Shown: in pieces, positions 1-6,266 of the stretch
Position numbering within the stretch: the first letter of the stretch is position 1
Layout: every line of letters begins with the position of its first letter
Source: a virus
Lineage: Duplodnaviria > Heunggongvirae > Uroviricota > Caudoviricetes
Virus record (IMG/VR): IMGVR_UViG_3300031687_001264
Strand: one strand, 5' to 3'
DNA length: 16,352 nucleotides
The notes under the pieces: generated by a model
Database searches by the model: none
Told to the model about the DNA's origin: nothing
What the model saw: only the letters and a program-made list of their open reading frames with translations
Program-made: the position numbers and the translations under genes

Positions 1-15
1 TACATGATTTGCCAT
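1..15 (-). CDS. 5' end of a gene running off the window (MANHV...)
   Basis: ATG at 15 preceded by AAGGA and the consensus promoter at 45-73; only five codons are visible. Confidence 0.55.
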
Positions 16-44
16 TTTTAAATTCCTTTAACTTATATATAAAT

Positions 45-73
45 ATTATACAACAATAAGCATTGCCTGTCAA
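45..73 (-). promoter_or_regulatory. sigma70-type early promoter P1
   Basis: Minus strand TTGACA ggcaatgcttattgttg TATAAT: perfect -35 and -10 with a 17 bp spacer. Confidence 0.9.
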
Positions 74-86
74 CACTTATTACAGA

Positions 87-410
87 TTAAATACACTCAG
101 TTGGACATTGCATAACGTAGTTATTAAAACCACCTATAACAACGTATACTTCGTCGTATCCAGTGCTTACAAGTTGGGATGCTACTTGACGTGCACTAAT
201 ACCTTTGTAACAACACACGATGATTGGAAGGGTTTTGTCAATATTATTGAAATATGACGACATGTTATCTTTATCAAGATGGTGACTATTCTTGATTTTA
301 GATTGATTGAAATCTGCTTCATTACGTATATCTAGTAATTTAGCACCTGCTTCTACTTTGGATTGTACATCAATTGGTGCAATTAATATAGCGGGATGTT
401 CGTTGGTCAT
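87..410 (-). CDS. glpE: Single-domain rhodanese / thiosulfate sulfurtransferase, GlpE-like (107 aa)
   Basis: LLDIR motif, active-site loop CYKGISA (E. coli GlpE has CYHGNSS), C-terminal GYDEVYVVIGGF matching GlpE GYDVVYSIDGGF; same length as GlpE. Confidence 0.8.
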   Translation of the reverse strand: MTNEHPAILIAPIDVQSKVEAGAKLLDIRNEADFNQSKIKNSHHLDKDNMSSYFNNIDKTLPIIVCCYKGISARQVASQLVSTGYDEVYVVIGGFNNYVMQCPTECI

Positions 411-424
411 TAATATTTTTCCGT

Positions 425-637
425 TTAGGTGGGCGCAGTTAACGTAACGATATCACTAAAGTGTTCGTCAAATACATTAACTAAATGCTCGTAATCACCA
501 CTATTCATATCTCTTACGATATCTGCATGATCAGGACGAGCGAGGCTAGTTGCCAATGCGATTAAGTTAGCAGGTGTACCACCTTCACCAGTGATATCTA
601 CTACAATGGATTCTTTGAAATGATTAGAGTTAATCAT
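425..637 (-). CDS. Hypothetical phage protein (70 aa)
   Basis: Fills the gap between neighbours on the coding strand; VDITGEGG...MNSGDYEHLVNVFDEHF resembles a small protein family I recall from phages. Confidence 0.75.
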   Translation of the reverse strand: MINSNHFKESIVVDITGEGGTPANLIALATSLARPDHADIVRDMNSGDYEHLVNVFDEHFSDIVTLTAPT

Positions 638-640
638 GAT

Positions 641-913
641 TTAAAACCGATTAGCGTTGCGTTCAAATAACTGCTCACGCGTAGGCTTGCTACTAAAGAA
701 ACTTTCTAACGCTTCGTTATCTTGTGCTGCTTTTGCTACAACAGTGTTATCATACGATAACTGACTAATGTAACCGAATGCTAGGAAATCACCTAACACA
801 TCCTCAAACGGACTACGATCATTAGACTTCCATAATACGACACCGTCGTGGTCACGCACGTATGCTTTAGACCATTGCTCGTAAACCTTTGCGCCCTTTG
901 CTGTTTTAATCAT
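641..913 (-). CDS. Hypothetical protein (90 aa), first gene after P2
   Basis: ATG 31 nt downstream of the P2 -10 box, with a purine-rich AAAGAGAG leader. Confidence 0.75.
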   Translation of the reverse strand: MIKTAKGAKVYEQWSKAYVRDHDGVVLWKSNDRSPFEDVLGDFLAFGYISQLSYDNTVVAKAAQDNEALESFFSSKPTREQLFERNANRF

Positions 914-944
914 AGTCTTGCTCTCTTTATTAACTTATGTAACT

Positions 945-973
945 ATTATATAACAATGAGCCTTACTTGTCAA
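945..973 (-). promoter_or_regulatory. sigma70-type early promoter P2
   Basis: TTGACA agtaaggctcattgtta TATAAT, 17 bp spacer. Confidence 0.9.
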
Positions 974-976
974 CAC

Positions 977-1780
977 TTAAATAGGAGTAATTGAAGTAAT
1001 ATTCTTTAGCGTCTTATACAGAAACTTATCGTGAAGCACATTGTTAAGTGGTTTTAATTGTCCTCTACCATCTAATCTCACACTACCTGTCATACCAAAC
1101 AATGCATCAAATGCGGATGCCGTACTAATCATGTCAGACACAGTAGAATCACCATCGCGTCTTTTTGAAATAGATAATTCATATACCTTATTATGATTAT
1201 CTGCCAACCTATATATGAATGACTTCTCACGTACTGTGTCATGTCTATATTTTTCGATAAGACGTAACTGTAATCCCTCAAATTCACAATGAGAGTGATG
1301 ATTATAATCATGAGACACATATTTGTCAGCAATAGCATCAGTGCGTTTTTCATACGAAGTGATTCGCGGCAACGTAATTAACATCTTCTTGTACGATTCC
1401 ATCATTGGTGTATTTCGATTACTACACATATGAAGCAGTTTTTTTCGCCAAGACGTAAGTGTAATATCATCACTTAATTTCGCCATGAAGAACTTTTTTT
1501 CCCAATATGAAAATATATCATTTGCGTTTGCGCAATCTTCTGCAAGAGGAACTGTTGCGTTAAGTGTATTGCCTTCTAAGCAGTTAATGAAAAGATTCAT
1601 TGCCTCCTTGATTGAACGAGTTCTATTCATATAGAGTAATACAGCCAATGCACCTTCTATGCTAACTGATAACTTTTTTGGCGAGACATTATTTTCAAAA
1701 TTACTGTGCATGTCTTCAATTTCATCATGTTTTAGTAGAGTATTTAATGTGACTTGTGGGTTAAAAATTGCGGTAGACAT
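977..1780 (-). CDS. Hypothetical protein (267 aa)
   Basis: Long ORF with an AGAGAG leader; no motif recognised. Confidence 0.8.
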   Translation of the reverse strand: MSTAIFNPQVTLNTLLKHDEIEDMHSNFENNVSPKKLSVSIEGALAVLLYMNRTRSIKEAMNLFINCLEGNTLNATVPLAEDCANANDIFSYWEKKFFMAKLSDDITLTSWRKKLLHMCSNRNTPMMESYKKMLITLPRITSYEKRTDAIADKYVSHDYNHHSHCEFEGLQLRLIEKYRHDTVREKSFIYRLADNHNKVYELSISKRRDGDSTVSDMISTASAFDALFGMTGSVRLDGRGQLKPLNNVLHDKFLYKTLKNITSITPI

Positions 1781-1788
1781 AATTCTCT

Positions 1789-2004
1789 CTAATGTTCAAC
1801 TTTTACAATGCTGAAATCTAATAGTGTTATGTTTAACAATTCAATGTACAATTGAAATATGGGAGTATGTAGCGTAAAGTCGCCTCGCAAGATGTTTACC
1901 TTGAAATCTACCAATGATAAACCTTCTGAGAAGTTCTTATCTTTGCGTAATGCTAATAATTCCCACCCGACATTCTTTTTCGAGCGACCACTGAATAAGA
2001 TCAT
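1789..2004 (-). CDS. Hypothetical protein (71 aa)
   Basis: ATGA start/stop overlap with the upstream gene at 2001-2004, which indicates translational coupling. Confidence 0.7.
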   Translation of the reverse strand: MILFSGRSKKNVGWELLALRKDKNFSEGLSLVDFKVNILRGDFTLHTPIFQLYIELLNITLLDFSIVKVEH

Positions 2005-2231
2005 ACCTTTTCCTTTTTACGAAAGTTGTCTGAATAATTATCTGTAAACGTATCGTGCGTCACTTTTTTAAACTTGCGACGAGACTTGTAAAATGATAAC
2101 GGCTTTTTGAACTCAATCAACTTACCATCATTAACCCGAATGTATGCAAACAACTTACCTTCGGGATTCAAAAAATATGTATGTGGTGGGAATTCCTCAC
2201 CTGTGATTTCTACTAAACCTTCCATAATCAT
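2001..2231 (-). CDS. Hypothetical phage protein (76 aa; start moved to 2231)
   Basis: The track start at 2276 lies inside the upstream membrane-peptide gene. ATG 2231 follows that gene's stop and an AAAGCAGAG leader. EITGEEFPPHTY...FKKPLSFYKSRRKF resembles a phage family I recall. Confidence 0.7.
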   Translation of the reverse strand: MIMEGLVEITGEEFPPHTYFLNPEGKLFAYIRVNDGKLIEFKKPLSFYKSRRKFKKVTHDTFTDNYSDNFRKKEKV

Positions 2232-2250
2232 ATTACTCTGCTTTATTAAT

Positions 2251-2412
2251 TTATTGAAACCACAACCAAGTTCCATGCGCCCACGCTACTGGAAATGCTA
2301 TTGCACCAGCAACGAGGAAACCCCATGATGCACTAGCGAAACACGTAAACACATGGGTGAACCACGCTGCGACTATCCAAACTATCCAAACTCCCAATAA
2401 TGCTTGAAACAT
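2251..2412 (-). CDS. Small Trp-rich membrane protein (53 aa), not in the ORF track
   Basis: Manual translation: MFQALLGVWIVWIVAAWFTHVFTCFASASWGFLVAGAIAFPVAWAHGTWLWFQ. First ATG after P3, preceded by CAAGGAAAG; two hydrophobic segments. Confidence 0.8.
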   Translation of the reverse strand: MFQALLGVWIVWIVAAWFTHVFTCFASASWGFLVAGAIAFPVAWAHGTWLWFQ

Positions 2413-2446
2413 AATACTTTCCTTGCTTTGATTAACTTATATAACT

Positions 2447-2475
2447 ATTATAACGTAATAAGCCTTACTTGTCAA
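2447..2475 (-). promoter_or_regulatory. sigma70-type early promoter P3
   Basis: TTGACA agtaaggcttattacgt TATAAT, 17 bp spacer; the TGA within TTGACA is the rtcB stop codon. Confidence 0.9.
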
Positions 2476-3689
2476 CCCTTTACGCAAACAACTTGCTTTA
2501 ATGTGTGAACAACTTCAACTAAATCATCCTGTGCTTTCATTACCGCTTCGATGTCTTTATATGCCATTGGGGTTTCATCAATCACATCTTCGTCTTTACG
2601 ACACTCTACTCCTGCTGTCGCCTTGATGTGGTCATCTACGGTGAACTGCTTACGTGCCGCAGTACGTGACATTGTACGACCTGCGCCGTGACTACATGAT
2701 GAAAATGATTCAGGATTACCTAAACCACGCACAATGAAACTTTTAGCACCCATTGATCCTGGGATTATACCCAACTCACCAGCCTTAGCAGAAACCGCAC
2801 CTTTACGTGTCAAGTAAACATCTTCACCGAAGTGATGCTCTTTACTCACGTAGTTGTGGTGACAATTAACCGCCAACACGTTAGCCTTAAATGGTGGCAA
2901 TACTGATTCCAATGCTTCTATGGTTAGTTGCATCATCACTTGACGATTGATCTTGGCAAACTCTTGCGCCCATGTAACACCTTCTACATAGTCGTCAAAG
3001 TATGGCGATCCTTCTTGCAAATATGCCAACTCTTTATCTGGCAAATGTGTCTGCTGATTTATCATATCTTGCTTCGCTTTCGCTATGAAAGTTGACGCAA
3101 TACGATTACCAACACCACGTGAACCAGAGTGTAACATTATCCATACTTGCTGATTTTCATCAAGACATAACTCTATAAAATGATTACCAGTTCCCAATGT
3201 TCCAAGGTGTACAATGTGGTTACACTGACCTATCTCTGGATACTTATCAACCATTTTATTGAACTGTTGCTCAAGGTGCATTTTCCATAAATCAGATGCA
3301 AGTTTTGGTATATCATTCCAAGCACCTTTGTCATTAACTGCTTTGCCGTTATTTGTACGTCCGTGTGGTACTGCTTTTTCTATAGCAGTACGAACAGCGA
3401 GTAAATTATCTGGTAAATCTTTAGCATACAATGTTGTCATTGCAGCCATCATTCCACAACCTAGATCAACTCCAACCGCATTAGGTATGATTGCTTTTAA
3501 CGTAGGTATAACACTACCTATCGTTGCTCCTTTACCTAAGTGAACGTCTGGCATCACTGCTATGTGACTGTGTATGATCGGCAATTGTGCTATGTTTTGC
3601 AATTGCTCTTTTGCTTGATCTTCCAAATTAACGCCGTCTATCCACGCTTTTATTGGTACACCGTTTGATTCTATATTACGATACTTCAT
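2472..3689 (-). CDS. rtcB: RtcB RNA 2',3'-cyclic phosphate/5'-OH ligase (405 aa)
   Basis: VMPDVHLGKGATIGSV, GVDLGCGM, GTLGTGNHFIE, LHSGSRG, HHN, HGAGR, DETPMAYK and terminal VVCVKG: all hallmark RtcB motifs, collinear with E. coli RtcB. Confidence 0.97.
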   Translation of the reverse strand: MKYRNIESNGVPIKAWIDGVNLEDQAKEQLQNIAQLPIIHSHIAVMPDVHLGKGATIGSVIPTLKAIIPNAVGVDLGCGMMAAMTTLYAKDLPDNLLAVRTAIEKAVPHGRTNNGKAVNDKGAWNDIPKLASDLWKMHLEQQFNKMVDKYPEIGQCNHIVHLGTLGTGNHFIELCLDENQQVWIMLHSGSRGVGNRIASTFIAKAKQDMINQQTHLPDKELAYLQEGSPYFDDYVEGVTWAQEFAKINRQVMMQLTIEALESVLPPFKANVLAVNCHHNYVSKEHHFGEDVYLTRKGAVSAKAGELGIIPGSMGAKSFIVRGLGNPESFSSCSHGAGRTMSRTAARKQFTVDDHIKATAGVECRKDEDVIDETPMAYKDIEAVMKAQDDLVEVVHTLKQVVCVKG

Positions 3690-3723
3690 TTTACTTCTCT
3701 CTCTTTTATTTACAATCCGATAA

Positions 3724-3846
3724 TTATAAAGTTATTTTCCACCAAAAGCGCCAGAATAAATGCTTATGTGGGTAATTATAAATCATAATATTATGACGAT
3801 ATTCACAATTTGAATATGTTAAACGACCAATAGTAAAAACTTTCAT
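3724..3846 (-). CDS. Putative 40 aa protein, not in the ORF track
   Basis: Manual translation: MKVFTIGRLTYSNCEYRHNIMIYNYPHKHLFWRFWWKITL. ATG lies 1 nt after the upstream stop and the ORF fills the gap to the rtcB leader. Confidence 0.55.
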   Translation of the reverse strand: MKVFTIGRLTYSNCEYRHNIMIYNYPHKHLFWRFWWKITL

Positions 3847-3847
3847 T

Positions 3848-4099
3848 TTAATTTCCCATTTCTTCTTCAATTTCTTCATTAGCACGTTCTAAACGATTAA
3901 TTTGAGCTATATTACAATCAATACGAGATTGACGTTCGCTCATATAAAATTCTGCCCACTTTTGATGATCGGCTTTAAACAGTACAACAAAAGAATTAAG
4001 GTCCATAGTTCTTAGAACTTTATCACCAATACATAAATTAATTTTATCTACACCATTAATCATATTACTTTTAGTTGTAAAATCTTTAATTTGGTACAT
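3848..4099 (-). CDS. Hypothetical protein (83 aa)
   Basis: Strong SD (GAAGGAGAG) just upstream; C-terminal coiled-coil-like segment. Confidence 0.75.
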   Translation of the reverse strand: MYQIKDFTTKSNMINGVDKINLCIGDKVLRTMDLNSFVVLFKADHQKWAEFYMSERQSRIDCNIAQINRLERANEEIEEEMGN

Positions 4100-4120
4100 A
4101 ATTCTCTCCTTCTCTAAGTC

Positions 4121-4159
4121 TGATAATTATAAAATTATGCGGCAATCTTATAATTATCA
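4121..4159. repeat. 12 bp perfect inverted repeat / RNA hairpin over the stop codon of the 64 aa gene
   Basis: TGATAATTATAA (4121-4132) and TTATAATTATCA (4148-4159). On the minus-strand RNA the stem extends to about 16 bp through a G-U pair. Confidence 0.65.
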
Positions 4160-4329
4160 AACCGCTTGTTCTTGTGCTTAACTGCACCACTCTTTGCCGC
4201 TTTCTTGCGATCCTTCATCACTACACTCTTGTTAGCAACCTTTAGATTCTTTGCTACTGCATTCAGCGCCATGACTACATTCTTCGGTGATCGTGCATTC
4301 TTTGTCTTCATCAAATGTACTGCTTTCAT
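4135..4329 (-). CDS. Small highly basic protein (64 aa) with an ssrA-like C-terminus
   Basis: First gene after P4, SD AAGGAG 8 nt upstream; 15 K and 3 R against 2 D; ends DNYKIAA. VAK..KV.NKS...KDRKK...KHK resembles small basic proteins I recall from T4-type phages. Confidence 0.8.
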   Translation of the reverse strand: MKAVHLMKTKNARSPKNVVMALNAVAKNLKVANKSVVMKDRKKAAKSGAVKHKNKRFDNYKIAA

Positions 4330-4361
4330 TTCATACTCTCCTTAACTCATTAACTATACTA

Positions 4362-4390
4362 ATTATATAATAATACTCCTTGCTTGTCAA
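4362..4390 (-). promoter_or_regulatory. sigma70-type early promoter P4
   Basis: TTGACA agcaaggagtattatta TATAAT, 17 bp spacer. Confidence 0.9.
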
Positions 4391-4412
4391 GAACTATTTA
4401 CTATTTAATAGT

Positions 4413-4446
4413 AAAAAAAGCCCCTTAACGCGAATTAAGAGGCTTT
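4413..4446 (-). terminator. Rho-independent terminator closing the queC-gat unit
   Basis: Minus strand AAAGCCTCTTAA-TTCGCG-TTAAGGGGCTTT followed by further Ts (7 T run); one G-U pair; about 30 nt after the gat stop. Confidence 0.85.
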
Positions 4447-4474
4447 AAATATAAACTATGCTGTTTATTTATCC

Positions 4475-5074
4475 TTACGCTGCTGGCGACCAATAAAATG
4501 TATTTTTCGTTGTAAATGCTTTATCAGTTTTTACCCAGTTTTTACCATCTAACTTATATACAATATTCGCTTCTATGCGTACAGCGTTCTTAAATTTTAC
4601 TGACGAAAAACTACTACCATTTACAAACATCGGACAATTCTCATTTCGCCAAATATACAACTTACCTTCTTTATAATAGACACAAGCAAATGAACCATCT
4701 ACATCACCCAACTTATCTAACCCACTGGAAATATACTTATGCAAACACGCAGTGTCCCATTTATCATGATAATTCCATTTCCTCATTTGTGTCTCTTTGA
4801 TAATACCATTGTGCCATAACAACGTACCATCAATCACTGACGGATGCACTGATGCAATTGATCGTGCATTAGTTGTAGGCGACTGCACATGACCAATATA
4901 CAAATTACCTGTATCAAGTTCTTGTGACTTAAATTTACCTAAACTCTTCTCAATTACATCTAGCACTTCACCATCGTATGTAGCAGTAGAAAACGAATGT
5001 TGCCCACGATGTGAATTTAAGTTCGCTAACTCGTTAAACTCTGCTACATTATAACTACCAAAAATACTACACAT
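4475..5074 (-). CDS. Class II (Ntn) glutamine amidotransferase (199 aa; start moved to 5074)
   Basis: Start MCSIFG puts the Cys nucleophile at position 1 after Met removal; HRG, GH, HP, HNG, DT and GSFA motifs of GATase_II present; 8 nt overlap with the queC end. Confidence 0.85.
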   Translation of the reverse strand: MCSIFGSYNVAEFNELANLNSHRGQHSFSTATYDGEVLDVIEKSLGKFKSQELDTGNLYIGHVQSPTTNARSIASVHPSVIDGTLLWHNGIIKETQMRKWNYHDKWDTACLHKYISSGLDKLGDVDGSFACVYYKEGKLYIWRNENCPMFVNGSSFSSVKFKNAVRIEANIVYKLDGKNWVKTDKAFTTKNTFYWSPAA

Positions 5075-5807
5075 TCCAAGGAATCTGTATTTGGTATTCA
5101 ATAGGATCTGCAATAGACCTATCCATGAATGCTTTGATACGTTCTGCACAACTAGGACATACACCACATGACTTACCATCAATATCAGGATCGTAACATG
5201 TCAATGTATACTCGTATAAATGTACTAAGTCAAGTTCCTCTAATAATGCAATCTCTTCATCTTTGGTCAATGTATTAAATGGTGCTACCAATTGTACAGG
5301 ACAATTACGATTCATACTCATTACATTATTCAATGCGTCTGCAAAACTAGGCGTAGTATCCCAATAACCATATGCATCAGTTGCTTGAATACCAGCAAAT
5401 ACATATTCTGCACCCATCGCTTCTGCATATGCAGCAGTCAATGAAAATAAGATCATATTACGATATGGCACATATGTCGAAGGCTGTGGTTCACCTAATA
5501 CATCTTGAATAGTCGGCATTACTACATCAGTGCCCGCAATGTTTGCACTCATAGGTTTTGCAATTTCACCTAGAATAGAAAGATCAAACAATTGACGATG
5601 AACACCAAGTTTCTCACATAACTGTGCTGCGCGATCTAATTCTACTCGCTGCTTTTGTCCGTAATCATAACCAACTGAGAATACATTTTCAGCGCCGTAT
5701 TTGTGTGCAGCAATAATAACAGCAGTTGAACTATCAAGTCCACCACTGTGTGTAATAACGACTTTGTCCGTATCAGGTAATGTATTCAGTACTTCGTTTA
5801 ATTTCAT
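5067..5807 (-). CDS. queC: QueC-family ATP pyrophosphatase (7-cyano-7-deazaguanine synthase-like, 246 aa)
   Basis: SGGLDS PP-loop, YDYGQKQ, TYVPYRN and the Zn site CY...CGVCPSCAER; the canonical YPDCR appears as YWDTT. Confidence 0.92.
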   Translation of the reverse strand: MKLNEVLNTLPDTDKVVITHSGGLDSSTAVIIAAHKYGAENVFSVGYDYGQKQRVELDRAAQLCEKLGVHRQLFDLSILGEIAKPMSANIAGTDVVMPTIQDVLGEPQPSTYVPYRNMILFSLTAAYAEAMGAEYVFAGIQATDAYGYWDTTPSFADALNNVMSMNRNCPVQLVAPFNTLTKDEEIALLEELDLVHLYEYTLTCYDPDIDGKSCGVCPSCAERIKAFMDRSIADPIEYQIQIPWNV

Positions 5808-5830
5808 AAATGCCTCTTAATTGTTAAATC

Positions 5831-5859
5831 ATTATACTATGATTATGCGTGTTTGTCAA
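5831..5859 (-). promoter_or_regulatory. sigma70-type promoter P5 (queC-gat)
   Basis: TTGACA aacacgcataatcatag TATAAT, 17 bp spacer; the TGA within TTGACA is the stop of the upstream gene; AAGAGG SD before queC. Confidence 0.85.
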
Positions 5860-6248
5860 TCCCTAATATGCCATGCTGATGACGATAACGCGGTAGATAA
5901 TTTCGTTCGCTGGGCACGATCTGTTATACCCAAATCATATTGACCATAATCTCTTGCTGTATCAACTGCGGATTTGGCGGTTCTCAATTCCCAGCCAAAT
6001 ACCATGCGAAGTGCCTTGATTGAAGAAATATAAGTATCTTCGTCACCTCGCGTATTATCATATTTTAATGTCGCATGTTTTGTACTGTCTCCAGAGAACA
6101 TAGTCATTAACATAGATCCTCGTATAGATGGATCTAATGCGTCAAACATCGACAATGCTTGATCGCCACCAAACTCGTCACCAAGTTCAGTCTTGCAAGA
6201 TGCATAAAATGATTGTACTGCATCCATCAACGTATCAGAAATTATCAT
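5856..6248 (-). CDS. Protein with a C-terminal ribosomal bL12 (L7/L12) CTD-like domain (130 aa)
   Basis: ISSIKALRMVFGWELRTAKSAVD...LGITDRAQRTKLSTALSSS aligns by eye with L7/L12 [23 protein letters not shown]...EGVSKDDAEALKKALEEA; the N-terminal half is unrelated to bL12. Confidence 0.6.
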   Translation of the reverse strand: MIISDTLMDAVQSFYASCKTELGDEFGGDQALSMFDALDPSIRGSMLMTMFSGDSTKHATLKYDNTRGDEDTYISSIKALRMVFGWELRTAKSAVDTARDYGQYDLGITDRAQRTKLSTALSSSAWHIRD

Positions 6249-6266
6249 TAGTGTGTTCCATATTAA

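Noticed and set aside
1298-1311. 14 bp palindrome ATGATTATAATCAT
   Set aside because: AT-rich, inside a coding region, single copy; likely chance.
2232-2276. Track start MELG at 2276
   Set aside because: It overlaps the better-supported 53 aa membrane gene; ATG 2231 has a proper leader.
2372-2392. 9 bp tandem repeat ACTATCCAA x2
   Set aside because: Only two units, encoding VWIVWI in the membrane peptide; no sign of phase variation.
4326-4334. Dipeptide uORF ATG AAA TGA overlapping the 64 aa gene start
   Set aside because: SD spacing (3 nt versus 8 nt) favours the downstream ATG; no evidence for a regulatory role.
3724-4390. Phage tmRNA gene, suggested by the ssrA-like codons inside a hairpin
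   Set aside because: No tRNA-like acceptor or T-arm ends on the minus strand; the reading frame has its own SD and ATG. The TCCACCA at 3738-3744 is on the opposite strand without a T-loop.
5075-5182. Track start of the 235 aa GATase ORF at 5182
   Set aside because: It lies inside queC; the Ntn mechanism needs an N-terminal Cys, which ATG 5074 supplies.
4475-5807. QatABCD or type IV CBASS defence locus
   Set aside because: No KAP ATPase, TatD, CD-NTase or TGT-like neighbour; the QueC is short and close to canonical; the context is a phage early region.
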